Assembly: GCA_963664815.2 (NCBI GenBank)
Contig: CAXXHB010000002.1
Location: forward strand, 224,001-288,000
From: Spirochaetota bacterium
GTDB taxonomy: Bacteria; Spirochaetota; UBA4802; UBA5550
Length of the DNA: 64,000 bases
Direction: 5' to 3'
The position numbers and the translations under genes were made by a program. The notes below the pieces were generated by a model. That model was not told the origin of the DNA and did not search any database. It worked only from the letters and a program-made list of their open reading frames with translations. Shown here in pieces: positions 28,667 through 38,569 of the stretch. The number at the start of each line of letters is the position of its first letter. Within the stretch, counting starts at the first letter, position 1.

Positions 28667-30016
28667 ATGTCAAACATCTGGAGTTCACAATATCATGAAA
28701 AATTAAAATCCGCAGGAGAGGCTGCAAAAATTGTCAAATCCGGCGATGTTGTCTTTATGGGGGAGTTTGTCCAAAATGTTGAAGCCATGGATGCTGCTCT
28801 TGCCGAAAGAAAAAATGAACTTAAAGATATTATTATTGTTACAACTACAAGAGCTAAACCATTAAAATGCGTAGAAGTAGATCCTGCAAGAACCGTCTTC
28901 ACATGGGATGACTGGCACTTTTCAGGATTGGCCAGAAAGCTTTCAGAGCAGCGACTTGTAAATTACATTCCATTTACCTATCACCAGGGCCCGGAAATAA
29001 TTTCTAAGTACAATAAAGTCGATGTTGTATGCATTCAGGTAACACCTATGGATGAAAAAGGATTTTTTAATTTCTCTACTTCCAATTCAATTGGATATGC
29101 ATACTGTCAGAAAGCCGATAAAGTAATTGTTGAAGTTAACACCAGCATCCCTCGATGTCTTGGAGGCGCCTCAGAGGGAATACATATCTCCGAAGTGGAT
29201 ATGATAATCGAAGGAAGCAATTGCCCTCTTATTCAGCTTGCTGCAGCTCCTGTTACTGAAACAGACAAAGGAATAGCAAAATATGTTATGGATCTGATCG
29301 AAGATGGTTCAACCATTCAGCTTGGTATCGGTGGCCTTCCCAATGTCGTTGGTTCGATGATAGCAAAAAGCGATTTAAAGGATATTGGCGTTCATACCGA
29401 AATGCTGGCTGATTCATATGTTGAAATGTACGAAGCAGGAAGAATTAATGGAAAGAAAAAAAATATTGATAAAGGAAAAATGGTTTATACCTTCGCCATG
29501 GGATCAAAAAAACTTTACGATTTTCTTGATAATAATCCAGTCTGTGCATCTTACCCGGTTAACTATACAAATGATCCGAGAATAATCGGTTTAAATGATA
29601 AAGTTGTAGCTATCAACAATGCTCTTGAAGTGGATCTCTTTTCACAGGTTGCTTCCGAATCAAACGGATCAAGACAGATCTCCGGTACAGGTGGACAGCT
29701 TGATTTTATTATGGGCGCTTTTAATTCCAATGGCGGAAAAGGTCTTATATGTATCAGCTCTACATATAAGGATAAGGATGGTAAAATACAATCAAGAATA
29801 GTTCCGACTTTTTCACCAGGTACAATAGTGACCTGCCCCAGATCAATAACTCATTATGTCATCACTGAATTCGGCTGTGCCCAGATGAAAGGGAAATCCA
29901 CATGGCAGCGCGCTGAATCATTAATTGAAATAGCCCATCCTGATTTCAGGGATGAAATGATCAAGCAGGCTGACGAACTGAACATTTGGAGAAGAAGCGC
30001 AAAACTGGCCGGATAA
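28667..30016 (+). CDS. Butyryl-CoA:acetate CoA-transferase-like (acetyl-CoA hydrolase/transferase family)
   Basis: WHFSG, QLGIGGLPN.VG, HTEM, ISGTGGQLDF, GGKG.IC, KGKSTWQRAE and IAHPDFR. Confidence 0.88.
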   Translation: MSNIWSSQYHEKLKSAGEAAKIVKSGDVVFMGEFVQNVEAMDAALAERKNELKDIIIVTTTRAKPLKCVEVDPARTVFTWDDWHFSGLARKLSEQRLVNYIPFTYHQGPEIISKYNKVDVVCIQVTPMDEKGFFNFSTSNSIGYAYCQKADKVIVEVNTSIPRCLGGASEGIHISEVDMIIEGSNCPLIQLAAAPVTETDKGIAKYVMDLIEDGSTIQLGIGGLPNVVGSMIAKSDLKDIGVHTEMLADSYVEMYEAGRINGKKKNIDKGKMVYTFAMGSKKLYDFLDNNPVCASYPVNYTNDPRIIGLNDKVVAINNALEVDLFSQVASESNGSRQISGTGGQLDFIMGAFNSNGGKGLICISSTYKDKDGKIQSRIVPTFSPGTIVTCPRSITHYVITEFGCAQMKGKSTWQRAESLIEIAHPDFRDEMIKQADELNIWRRSAKLAG

Positions 30017-30070
30017 AATTTTCAGCCACGTTTTAATATATTTTAAAAAAGATATTTTCTTTCCCGAAAA

Positions 30071-30105
30071 AGCGGGTATCATTTTAATGTAAAATGATAC
30101 CCGCT
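30071..30105 (+). terminator. 16-bp stem hairpin after the CoA transferase
   Basis: AGCGGGTATCATTTTA-ATG-TAAAATGATACCCGCT. Confidence 0.6.
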
Positions 30106-30267
30106 ACCCATATTTCTTAATTCACCCTTATTCTTAAAAATAAATAATTCTTGAAAAAAAACCTCATATTCCTGAAAGAATACATTACTAATTAAAAGGA
30201 TTCTCTTCTGTAATTTAAAAAATATCCTGTTAATTATTGTATTTTAAATATTAAAAAAGGTAATTAC

Positions 30268-32901
30268 ATGCATAAAGTCAGTGATTTACGCAGATCTTTC
30301 ATAGATTATTTCAAAGAAAACGGCCACAGGATTGTTCCTTCAAGTTCACTCCTTCCAAAAGATGATCCCACTCTTCTTTTTACCACTGCAGGCATGGTGC
30401 AGTTCAAACCTATGTTTGCCGGTACAGTTGACCTTGAATATACCCGGGCCGCATCAATACAGAAATGCCTGCGTACAAGCGACCTCGAACAGGTAGGACG
30501 AACAAAACGCCATCTTACTCTTTTTGAAATGCTCGGAAATTTCTCCTTTGGAGATTACTTCAAAATAGAAGCCATTGAATTTGCATGGGAATATTCGACA
30601 AATGTTATTGGATTTCCGAAAGACAAACTATGGGCAAGTATATACGAGGATGATAACGAAGCGTATGAAATATGGAATAAAAAAATCGGCATTCCTTCAG
30701 AAAAAATCGTAAGGCTTGGAAAAGCCGACAATTTCTGGGGACCTGCAGGAGAAACAGGAGCGTGCGGCCCATGCTCCGAACTCTATTACGACAGGGGAGA
30801 GCAATTCGGCTGCGGTTCACCTAATTGCAAACCCGGTTGTGAATGCGACAGGTACCTTGAATTCTGGAACCTTGTATTCAATCAGTTCAATCAGGATGAA
30901 AATGGAAATCTTAATCCACTCCCCCGTACAGGTATTGATACGGGAATGGGACTTGAAAGGCTTACAACCCTTGTTCAGGGAGTGGACTCTGTCTTTGAAA
31001 CAGATGAGCTTAAATCACTTATTGAGTTTGTAAGCAGTGCCTCAGGGAAAAAATATGAAGGCAGCAATACACTCCCTATTAAAGTAATTGTTGAACATGC
31101 AAGAACTCTAACCTTCGCTATGTCTGACGGAATATACCCGTCCAATGACGGAAGGGGCTATGTATTGCGACGAATCCTCCGCCGTGCACTGAGATATAGC
31201 AGATTTCTCGGATTGAAAGAACCTTTTGTTTACAAAGTCGTAGACCCCATTGTTAATATAATGGGTGAATTTTACCCGGAAATAATTGGAAGCGCATCCA
31301 ATGTAAAAAGCGTAATCGAATCTGAAGAGAAACGGTTTCTTGAAACTATTGAAAACGGAATGGACCGACTTGACGAGATAGTAAAGTCAGTAAAAAAAAG
31401 CGGCTATAAAGCTATTTCCGGAAATGATGCCTTTGTTCTATATGATACTTTCGGGTTCCCTCTTGAAATGACAACAGAAATGGCCATTGAACAGGGGCTT
31501 ACTGTTGACACAGAAGGCTTTACAGCCGAAATGTCCAGACAGCGGGAACGTGGCAAGCAGAGCTGGAAAGGAAATGATATCGGACTTGATGCGGTATACG
31601 ACGAGATAATTTCCAGTTGTGGGAACAGTGAATTCCTCGGGTATGAGTCTGAAAAAGCCGAAGGTAAAATACTCTCCCTTTACAGGAATACCTCGAAAGT
31701 TGACACTTTGACTAAAGGAGATAATGGACTTATCGTGCTTGATCGGACACCGTTCTACGGCGAATCCGGAGGACAGGTTGGGGACAAGGGTGAGATAATC
31801 TGCGGCAATGCAGTATTTACTGTTGAGGACACAAAAAAACATAATAAAACAATAATACATACAGGAACCGTTGTTTCAGGGACATTCAAAACCGGAGATG
31901 CAGCAGAGGCCAGTATAGATGTAGTTAACAGAAATCTGATCCGAGCCAATCACACAGCAACGCACCTTCTGCAGGCTGCACTGAGACGTACACTCGGCAA
32001 CCATGTAAAACAGGCAGGTTCAGTAGTTGATCCGGAAAAACTCCGCTTTGATTTTTCACATTTTAATTCATTGACTGAAAATGAACTCAGCCAGATCGAA
32101 AATCAGGTTAATGAAGTTATCTGGAAAAACATAGATGTAACAACCGAGATAATGAATATAAACGATGCTGTAAAAAAAGGAGCTATGGCTGTTTTTGATG
32201 AGAAATACGAGGAGACTGTCCGTGTACTTGAAGTAGCTGGTTTCAGCATGGAACTCTGCGGAGGAACACATGTTTCAAACACAGGAAAAATCGGGTTGTT
32301 TAAAATTCTGAAGGAAAGCTCTCCTGGTGCCGGAATCAGGAGAATTGAAGCAGTGACGCTTAAGGGACTTCTCGACAGATTCAACGAACAAAACCGTATA
32401 GTTTCAGAACTTACAGGAACTATCAATATTTCCGAATCCGGTCTTACTAAAAAGATTGATGAGATAGTCAGCAGGAACAAAGCCCTCGAAAAAGAAATAG
32501 ATAAAATGAAAAAAACATCTCTTTCTTCCAATCTTGAAGAAATCATTTCGTCCGGTAAAGATATTAACGGTTTAAAAATTATATCAAAAGTTTTCAAGGA
32601 AATGGATGTTGATACACTCCGCAGCCTTTCAGATTCAATCAGAGAAAGAGTACAGAATTCTGTAGTATGTTTCGGTTCAGATATCAGCGGGAAAGCAATG
32701 CTGTTATATGCAGCAACAAATAAAGCCGTGGAGAAAGGTATTGACTGCGGAAAGCTTGTTAAGGAAACAGCTGGAATTGTCGGTGGAGGTGGTGGGGGCA
32801 GAAAAGATATGGCCCAGGCTGGTGGAAAAGACACGTCAAATCTTCAGGAAGCAGTTGATGAAGCGGTAAAACTTGCGGAGAAGATGGCAGGTATTAAATA
32901 A
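30268..32901 (+). CDS. alaS: Alanine--tRNA ligase
   Basis: DPTLLFTTAGMVQFK, FEMLGNFSFGDYFK, DTGMGLER, editing HTATH and ELCGGTH, and C-Ala GGGG..DMAQAGG. Confidence 0.99.
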   Translation: MHKVSDLRRSFIDYFKENGHRIVPSSSLLPKDDPTLLFTTAGMVQFKPMFAGTVDLEYTRAASIQKCLRTSDLEQVGRTKRHLTLFEMLGNFSFGDYFKIEAIEFAWEYSTNVIGFPKDKLWASIYEDDNEAYEIWNKKIGIPSEKIVRLGKADNFWGPAGETGACGPCSELYYDRGEQFGCGSPNCKPGCECDRYLEFWNLVFNQFNQDENGNLNPLPRTGIDTGMGLERLTTLVQGVDSVFETDELKSLIEFVSSASGKKYEGSNTLPIKVIVEHARTLTFAMSDGIYPSNDGRGYVLRRILRRALRYSRFLGLKEPFVYKVVDPIVNIMGEFYPEIIGSASNVKSVIESEEKRFLETIENGMDRLDEIVKSVKKSGYKAISGNDAFVLYDTFGFPLEMTTEMAIEQGLTVDTEGFTAEMSRQRERGKQSWKGNDIGLDAVYDEIISSCGNSEFLGYESEKAEGKILSLYRNTSKVDTLTKGDNGLIVLDRTPFYGESGGQVGDKGEIICGNAVFTVEDTKKHNKTIIHTGTVVSGTFKTGDAAEASIDVVNRNLIRANHTATHLLQAALRRTLGNHVKQAGSVVDPEKLRFDFSHFNSLTENELSQIENQVNEVIWKNIDVTTEIMNINDAVKKGAMAVFDEKYEETVRVLEVAGFSMELCGGTHVSNTGKIGLFKILKESSPGAGIRRIEAVTLKGLLDRFNEQNRIVSELTGTINISESGLTKKIDEIVSRNKALEKEIDKMKKTSLSSNLEEIISSGKDINGLKIISKVFKEMDVDTLRSLSDSIRERVQNSVVCFGSDISGKAMLLYAATNKAVEKGIDCGKLVKETAGIVGGGGGGRKDMAQAGGKDTSNLQEAVDEAVKLAEKMAGIK

Positions 32902-32914
32902 AAAATATTTGATA

Positions 32915-32958
32915 ATTAAAGTTCTGCCAACCCCGCGGGGGGTTGGCAGAACTTTAAT
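32915..32958. terminator. Bidirectional terminator between alaS and guaA
   Basis: 20-bp perfect stem ATTAAAGTTCTGCCAACCCC-GCGG-GGGGTTGGCAGAACTTTAAT between convergent genes. Confidence 0.85.
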
Positions 32959-32973
32959 AAATAAATGCAGTAT

Positions 32974-34539
32974 TCACTCCCACTCAATAGTGGAAGGAGG
33001 TTTGGAAGAAATATCATAAACCACCCTGTTTATTCCTTTGACTTCATTAATAATTCTGTTTGATATTTTTCTTAGTAAAGCTTCAGGCAGGTACGCCCAG
33101 TCAGCAGTCATTGCGTCAACCGAAGTAACTCCCCGAATCGCAATTACATTTTCGTATGTTCTCTTGTCGCCCATGACTCCAACCGATTTTACCGGTAGAA
33201 AAACCGCAAATATCTGCCAGAGAGAATTATATAACCCGGCATCACGAATTTCCTGTATAAGTATATCATCAGCATGTTGTAAGGTTTTAATTCTCTCCGT
33301 TGTAACATCTCCTACAATCCGTATTGCAAGCCCCGGACCTGGAAACGGATGCCTGTTAATAAGCTCTTCAGCCATACCAAGCTTAACTCCAAGCTCCCTC
33401 ACCTCATCTTTAAACAACTCCTTCAAAGGTTCAATCACCTTTCCAGATTTTATAAGTTTCAGTATTTCCGGAACTCTGTTATGATGACTTTTTATAGTAT
33501 CGGAGGGGCCCTTAGTAGAAACAGATTCAATCACATCGGGATATAATGTTCCCTGTGCAAGAAAATCAAACCGCCCTATCTTTTTCGCCTCATCCATAAA
33601 TACCGCTAAAAACTCTTTTCCAATAATCCTTCTCTTTTTCTCCGGATCCTCAACTCCTTTTAACAGATCAAGAAACCTCTTTGAAGCATCAACATGCACA
33701 AGATTGAGTTTCATATTCTTTTTGTATCTTTCAACAACACCATCAGCTTCATCTTTACGCATTACACCATTATCAACAAACACGCAGGTGAGTCTGTCCC
33801 CTATAGCTTTATGAATCAGCTCCGCTGTTACAGAGGAGTCAACCCCACCCGAAAGCCCCAGAAGAACCGTTCCTTCACCAACATCCTTTCTTATAGCTTC
33901 TACCGATGTTTCGATAAATGATTCCATTGTCCATGTCGGTTTGAGTTTACATATTCCAAAAACAAAATTGCCTAAAAATTTAGCACCGTTAGTGGTGTGA
34001 AAAACCTCCGGATGGAACTGAACACCATATACCTTTTTCGCCTTATTCTCTATAGCAGCAATCTCCGCATTTTCAGATGAAGCTGTTACTTTAAAACCTT
34101 CCGGCATTATGGTAACTTTATCTCCATGGCTCATCCAGACCTGTTCTTTCTTTTTAAGACCTTTGAAAAGATTCGATTTTTCCTTAATAGTAATAAATGC
34201 ACGGCCATACTCCCGGGATTTTGCCCCTGCGCTCTTCCCGTTAAACGCATGAACCACAACATAAAGCCCATAGCAAATTCCAAGTACAGGAACTCCGAGA
34301 TTGAATATATCATTTGACACCTGAGGAGCACTCTCCTCATCAATTGATGAAGGTCCGCCTGACAGAATAATCGCTGATGGTTTTTCCTTTCTTATATCTT
34401 CAACCGGTGTATGAAAAGGAATAATTTCCGCGTAAACCTTCAGTTCCCTTATCTTTCTCGCAATAAGCTGCGTGTATTGTGACCCGAAATCAAGAATAAG
34501 AACTCTCTCTTGCGGAATACCTGAACCGTGTTCAATCAT
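32974..34539 (-). CDS. guaA: GMP synthase (glutamine-hydrolysing)
   Basis: LDFGSQYTQLIAR, GICYG, QFHPE, SGGVDS, IKSHHN and KPPSTIEWE. Confidence 0.99.
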   Translation of the reverse strand: MIEHGSGIPQERVLILDFGSQYTQLIARKIRELKVYAEIIPFHTPVEDIRKEKPSAIILSGGPSSIDEESAPQVSNDIFNLGVPVLGICYGLYVVVHAFNGKSAGAKSREYGRAFITIKEKSNLFKGLKKKEQVWMSHGDKVTIMPEGFKVTASSENAEIAAIENKAKKVYGVQFHPEVFHTTNGAKFLGNFVFGICKLKPTWTMESFIETSVEAIRKDVGEGTVLLGLSGGVDSSVTAELIHKAIGDRLTCVFVDNGVMRKDEADGVVERYKKNMKLNLVHVDASKRFLDLLKGVEDPEKKRRIIGKEFLAVFMDEAKKIGRFDFLAQGTLYPDVIESVSTKGPSDTIKSHHNRVPEILKLIKSGKVIEPLKELFKDEVRELGVKLGMAEELINRHPFPGPGLAIRIVGDVTTERIKTLQHADDILIQEIRDAGLYNSLWQIFAVFLPVKSVGVMGDKRTYENVIAIRGVTSVDAMTADWAYLPEALLRKISNRIINEVKGINRVVYDISSKPPSTIEWE

Positions 34540-35066
34540 TTTTTACCCTCTAATTTATCAATATAATTCATCAGACCAGTCTCTTTAATGCTTCTGTTTT
34601 TATCAATTATTTTCGCTTCCATTTTTTTTCTGTAGTCGACAAGCTTTTCAGTTATAATTTTATCACTGGTAGCTAGAATACTTAAAGCGAAAAGTGCCGC
34701 GTTAGTGCCACCCGATTTTCCTGCCGGCATTGTTCCAACCGGTATCCCGGCCGGCATCTGAAGAATGGAGAGAACTGAATCAAGTCCACCTGCAATACCG
34801 GTTTCAATTGGAATTCCTATGACCGGCAAAACCGTATGAGCTGCAACAACTCCGGGAAGATGTGCAGCGCCACCTGCAACAGCAATTATAACCTTCATCC
34901 CTTTTTCAGGGGCATTCCTGACCCAATCAACAGTCTGCCCGGGTGATCTGTGCGCTGATGAAACAATTAATTCATATTCAACTGAAAACTGCTCAAAAAC
35001 TTCAAAACATTCCCTTACCTTTGGAAGATCAGAATCGCTTCCCAGAATAACACCCACTAAAGCCAT
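34536..35066 (-). CDS. purE: N5-CAIR mutase
   Basis: GSDSD, SAHR, AGGAAHLPG, PVIGIP and QMPAGIPV. Confidence 0.98.
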   Translation of the reverse strand: MALVGVILGSDSDLPKVRECFEVFEQFSVEYELIVSSAHRSPGQTVDWVRNAPEKGMKVIIAVAGGAAHLPGVVAAHTVLPVIGIPIETGIAGGLDSVLSILQMPAGIPVGTMPAGKSGGTNAALFALSILATSDKIITEKLVDYRKKMEAKIIDKNRSIKETGLMNYIDKLEGKK

Positions 35067-35440
35067 CTTGCACCTCTGCTTTTTAATACAGTTTATTATA
35101 AATTAACCTTTCATCTTCAGTATAACCTTTTGTCAACATTAATCATTTTTCAGTATTATTTCATCAACCATACTGAAGTAAATAAATGAGTCAATCAGCA
35201 TATTCGTTCAATATGGTAATATTAAAATTTCTTCCTGATCACTGTGCAGATGTTAAATATTCAATAAACATTTTCTGAAAAAGTTATCATAAATATAAAA
35301 GTCAGATATTCTCTTATTGAAATATCGAAACATAACAGTTACTTAACTTTTTCTATGATTTTAATAATGTTTTGAATATACTTGACTTTTAAAAAGTGTT
35401 TTTATAGCTTTATTAAAGAATAAATACAAGGAGTTTTAAG

Positions 35441-36037
35441 ATGAAAAGAATAATATTGGCTGCTTTTTTTATGCTTACTTTCTCAGTTTCAGTTTTTGCA
35501 ATAAACTCAAACATCAATATCAAAGGTGGTATTCAGCATCCAGATGCCCCCGGTAAAACAGGACTGGATTCAGCTCTTACTCTGAATATCGGTGTTGACA
35601 AGTATCTTACAATAGGTGCTGAATCCGGATTTGGATGGGTAAGATGGAAAGATGAAACTTCAAAAGTTGCAGTAGCAAAGGTAGCTGGAGCTACAATTGA
35701 TGAAACAAATTTATACACCCTCCCTGTTCTTGGTGTAATGACTATCAGACTTGCAGACATGATGGAGCAGTATGGTTTTATGCCCTATATCACAGGTGGA
35801 GCTGGCTATTCATGGACATGGTACCGTAATCCTGCATTCAAAGACAGGTTTGAGGGCTTTACATGGCAGGCACTGGGTGGAGTTCAGTTTAAACTGGGAG
35901 AAGATTCCGGTCTTTCAATGCTGGTTGAAGCAGGATACAGAGGAGCGCCTGTTCAGAACTCTGACAATGTTGAAGTAGATATGTCAGGATTCATAGGCAG
36001 GATTGGACTGAGCTTTCCTATTGAATCTGCTGAGTAA
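35441..36037 (+). CDS. Small outer-membrane beta-barrel protein
   Basis: Cleavable signal peptide (VFA), alternating aromatic/Gly beta-strands (PYITGGAGYSW, EAGYR) and terminal strand IGLSF. Confidence 0.7.
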   Translation: MKRIILAAFFMLTFSVSVFAINSNINIKGGIQHPDAPGKTGLDSALTLNIGVDKYLTIGAESGFGWVRWKDETSKVAVAKVAGATIDETNLYTLPVLGVMTIRLADMMEQYGFMPYITGGAGYSWTWYRNPAFKDRFEGFTWQALGGVQFKLGEDSGLSMLVEAGYRGAPVQNSDNVEVDMSGFIGRIGLSFPIESAE

Positions 36038-36050
36038 TTATTACAGTTAC

Positions 36051-36091
36051 ATACAAAAAAACCCCGCTTTTCAGGCGGGGTTTTTTTGTAT
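36051..36091. terminator. Bidirectional terminator between the OMP gene and flaB
   Basis: ATACAAAAAAACCCCGC-TTTTCAG-GCGGGGTTTTTTTGTAT. Confidence 0.9.
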
Positions 36092-36122
36092 TCCCTATTT
36101 GAAAATAATCGTCTGTTTTAAA

Positions 36123-36977
36123 TCAACCGCCGCCAAGAAGCTGAAGCATGGATCTTGTTTTCATGTTCGCCTGAGCTAACATCGCAGTACCACTCTGAAT
36201 AAGAACCTGATCTTTTGTTAAATCCACCATTGTTTCAGCCATATCAGCGTCTCTGATCCGACTTTCGGATGCTTGTATATTTTCATAGGCAGTCATGAGA
36301 CCTCTTGTAGCATAATCGAGCCTGTTATAATATGCACCAAGGTCCGCTCTCTGCTTTGAAATTTTGTGAAGAGCATCATCGATCACACCAATTGTTCTGT
36401 TTGCGCTGCCAGCAGAAGCCAGATCAGCGATAAAGGCGCCGCTTTTTTCTTTAAGACCAAGACCATTAGCAGTCATTGTCCCAATATAAACCCTCTCCCT
36501 CTGATTCATATTTGAACCCATATGAAACCACATACTTGATTTTGGAGCAGTTTTGGAGAAATCACCAAGAAGCAGTTTAAACTTGTTAAACTCCGCCTGC
36601 GATGCAATCCTGTCAACTTCATCGACAAGAGCTGAAACTTCAACCTGAATAAGAATTCTGTCCTGATCAGAGTAGATACCATTTGAAGATTGTACTGCAA
36701 GAACCCTGATCCTTTGAAGTATTTCAGTTGTCTGGTTCAGATACCCTTCAGTGGTCTGAACAAAAGACATCCCATCTTCAGTATTTCTCTCAGCCTGTCT
36801 TAAACCATTAATCTGTGTTCTCATTTTTTCTGATACTGCAAGTCCTGAAGCATCATCTCCGGCTCTATTAATTCTGAGACCAGAGGATAAACTCTCCATC
36901 GACTTGTTTGTATCCCACTGCTTGAATTTCAACGCTTTATTCGCGTTTATTGCACTCATGTTATGATTGATAATCAT
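36123..36977 (-). CDS. flaB: Periplasmic flagellar core flagellin FlaB (downstream copy)
   Basis: [34 protein letters not shown] and [10 protein letters not shown]. About 284 aa with no large variable domain. AAGGAG RBS before the ATG at 36977. Confidence 0.96.
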   Translation of the reverse strand: MIINHNMSAINANKALKFKQWDTNKSMESLSSGLRINRAGDDASGLAVSEKMRTQINGLRQAERNTEDGMSFVQTTEGYLNQTTEILQRIRVLAVQSSNGIYSDQDRILIQVEVSALVDEVDRIASQAEFNKFKLLLGDFSKTAPKSSMWFHMGSNMNQRERVYIGTMTANGLGLKEKSGAFIADLASAGSANRTIGVIDDALHKISKQRADLGAYYNRLDYATRGLMTAYENIQASESRIRDADMAETMVDLTKDQVLIQSGTAMLAQANMKTRSMLQLLGGG

Positions 36978-37030
36978 ATTAAACACTCCTTTGTTTAATT
37001 AGATGCTCACTCCCTCCTACAGAAGTGAAC

Positions 37031-37052
37031 TGCCTGACATCCTTATCAGGCA
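37031..37052 (-). promoter_or_regulatory. CsrA-type GGA-loop hairpin in the downstream flaB leader
   Basis: Minus strand TGCCTGATA-AGGA-TGTCAGGCA. More GGA motifs follow nearer the SD. Confidence 0.7.
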
Positions 37053-37144
37053 TTTGATACCAGGTTTGTACTCGTACATAGGGAATACAGACGCCTTTAT
37101 TACAGCGACCATACATTATTAAATATATAAGACAGCTTTATAAA

Positions 37145-37189
37145 GCCCCCGCACCCGGATAGGGCTTTGCCCTTTCCGGGTGCGGGGGC
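37145..37189 (-). terminator. Long GC-rich hairpin, possible terminator between the flaB genes
   Basis: 15-bp perfect outer stem GCCCCCGCACCCGGA/TCCGGGTGCGGGGGC plus an inner AGGGC/GCCCT stem, followed by TTTAT on minus. Confidence 0.55.
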
Positions 37190-37228
37190 GACCACATTTA
37201 ACACTGTATGCTCGCCATAATTTTTTCG

Positions 37229-37241
37229 TTTTCAAAGAGCA
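37229..37241 (-). promoter_or_regulatory. boxA-like Nus-factor element
   Basis: Minus strand TGCTCTTTGAAAA, matching rrn boxA (E. coli TGCTCTTTAACA; Bacillus-type GTTCTTTGAAAA). Preceded by a CCCTTTT/AAAAGGG hairpin. Confidence 0.5.
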
Positions 37242-37253
37242 CCCTTTTTAAGG

Positions 37254-37291
37254 AAAAGGGAAACCCGGCGGTCTCTCCCAAGGCCGCCGGG
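37254..37291 (-). terminator. Terminator after the upstream flaB
   Basis: Minus strand CCCGGCGG..CCGCCGGG followed by TTTCCCTTTT. Confidence 0.65.
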
Positions 37292-37319
37292 GCAAGAATG
37301 AATGATAAATAAAACCTAA

Positions 37320-38165
37320 TTATCTGAGTAACTGCAATATACCCTGAGACTTCGCATTTGCCTGAGCAAGCATCGCCGTACCACTCTGTACAAGTATCTG
37401 GTTTTTTGTAAAATCAACCATTGTTTCTGCCATATCAGCATCTCTGATACGACTTTCAGAAGACTGGATGTTTTCATATGCTACCATTAAACCCTTGGCT
37501 GCATGTTCCATCCTATTGTAATAAGCACCGAGATCCGCTCTCTGCTTTGAAAGAACGTGAAGAGCATTGTCCATAACCCCGATGTTTCTGTTTGCTTCTC
37601 CGGCCGTAGAAAGAGTAATGGGATTCCCTGTCATGTTTTTTAGCCCGAGAGCTTTTGCTGTCATGGTCTGAATAAAAATTCTTTCCCTCTGATGCATATT
37701 TGCTCCCATGTGTATCCACATAGACGCTGTTACACTTACTCTCGCAAAATCACCCTGAAGCAGATGCATTTTGTTGAACTCCGCCTGAGAAGCAATTCTA
37801 TCTACTTCACTTACAAGCTGAGAAACTTCAACCTGAATCATCTGGCGGTCTTCTGCTGAGTAAATACCATTTGAAGACTGAACTGCAAGAACCCTGATTC
37901 TCTGAATGATGTTTGATACTTCATCAAGGTAACCTTCAGTTGTCTGAACAAGAGACATACCATCTTCAGTATTTCTTTCAGCCTGTCTTAAACCGTTAAC
38001 CTGAGTTCTCATCTTTTCAGAAACTGCAAGTCCTGAAGCATCATCTCCCGCCTTGTTGATTCTTAAGCCGGAAGAAAGTGATTCCATGTTTTTTGAAACA
38101 TTCCAGTTTTGAAATTTTAAAGCCCTGTTAGTATTAATAGCGGACATATTGTGGTTAATAATCAT
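37320..38165 (-). CDS. flaB: Periplasmic flagellar core flagellin FlaB (upstream copy)
   Basis: [47 protein letters not shown] and [11 protein letters not shown]; 281 aa. Confidence 0.97.
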   Translation of the reverse strand: MIINHNMSAINTNRALKFQNWNVSKNMESLSSGLRINKAGDDASGLAVSEKMRTQVNGLRQAERNTEDGMSLVQTTEGYLDEVSNIIQRIRVLAVQSSNGIYSAEDRQMIQVEVSQLVSEVDRIASQAEFNKMHLLQGDFARVSVTASMWIHMGANMHQRERIFIQTMTAKALGLKNMTGNPITLSTAGEANRNIGVMDNALHVLSKQRADLGAYYNRMEHAAKGLMVAYENIQSSESRIRDADMAETMVDFTKNQILVQSGTAMLAQANAKSQGILQLLR

Positions 38166-38168
38166 TTT

Positions 38169-38210
38169 GATTCCTCCATGAATCTTTGTTGTAAACCCGG
38201 CATCCTTGCC
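38169..38210 (-). promoter_or_regulatory. Two CsrA-type GGA hairpins in the upstream flaB leader
   Basis: Minus strand GGCA-AGGA-TGCC (38199-38210) and GATTC-ATGGAG-GAATC (38169-38184), the second containing the SD. Confidence 0.75.
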
Positions 38211-38244
38211 ATGGGTATCAGAAATAGACTTCCTGACATTTATA

Positions 38245-38271
38245 GATTCGGGAGCATATCCCTTTTTATTA
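38245..38271 (-). promoter_or_regulatory. Putative sigma28 (FliA) promoter of flaB
   Basis: Minus strand TAAT-N15-CCCGAATC versus consensus TAAA-N15-GCCGATAA. Confidence 0.55.
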
Positions 38272-38569
38272 AGTCCGATTATAACCAGTTATTAGCATTT
38301 ATAAACGATTATAATCATTTATAATAATATATAACACTTATTTAACTTCATTAACATTTTTTTTGCATATTTTGCCTTATTCTTATATTCGGGCTTTTCA
38401 CCTTTTCCTTTGACAAAAAAATTTTTTAATCTAACATAAATATTCATCTGATAAATTTTTCTTGATTTTTTAGTAATTGAAATGATCTTATAAGATAAGA
38501 TCTCTGCTCCAATCATACCCTCACAAAGAATTTCAGCGGATATCTGTAAATTAAATACAGGAGATTAAA

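Noticed and set aside
30017-30267. T-box leader for alaS
   Set aside because: No T-box bulge (GGTGGNACC) is present. The hairpin at 30071 fits the end of the upstream operon.
35067-35440. Purine/ZTP riboswitch upstream of purE-guaA
   Set aside because: No recognisable aptamer core or expression-platform terminator, only a short CTTCAGTAT/ATACTGAAG inverted repeat.
36123-38165. Nucleotide similarity between the two flaB genes as a recombination cassette
   Set aside because: Both are intact with their own RBS and leaders and are well diverged. Multiple FlaB paralogues are normal in spirochaetes.
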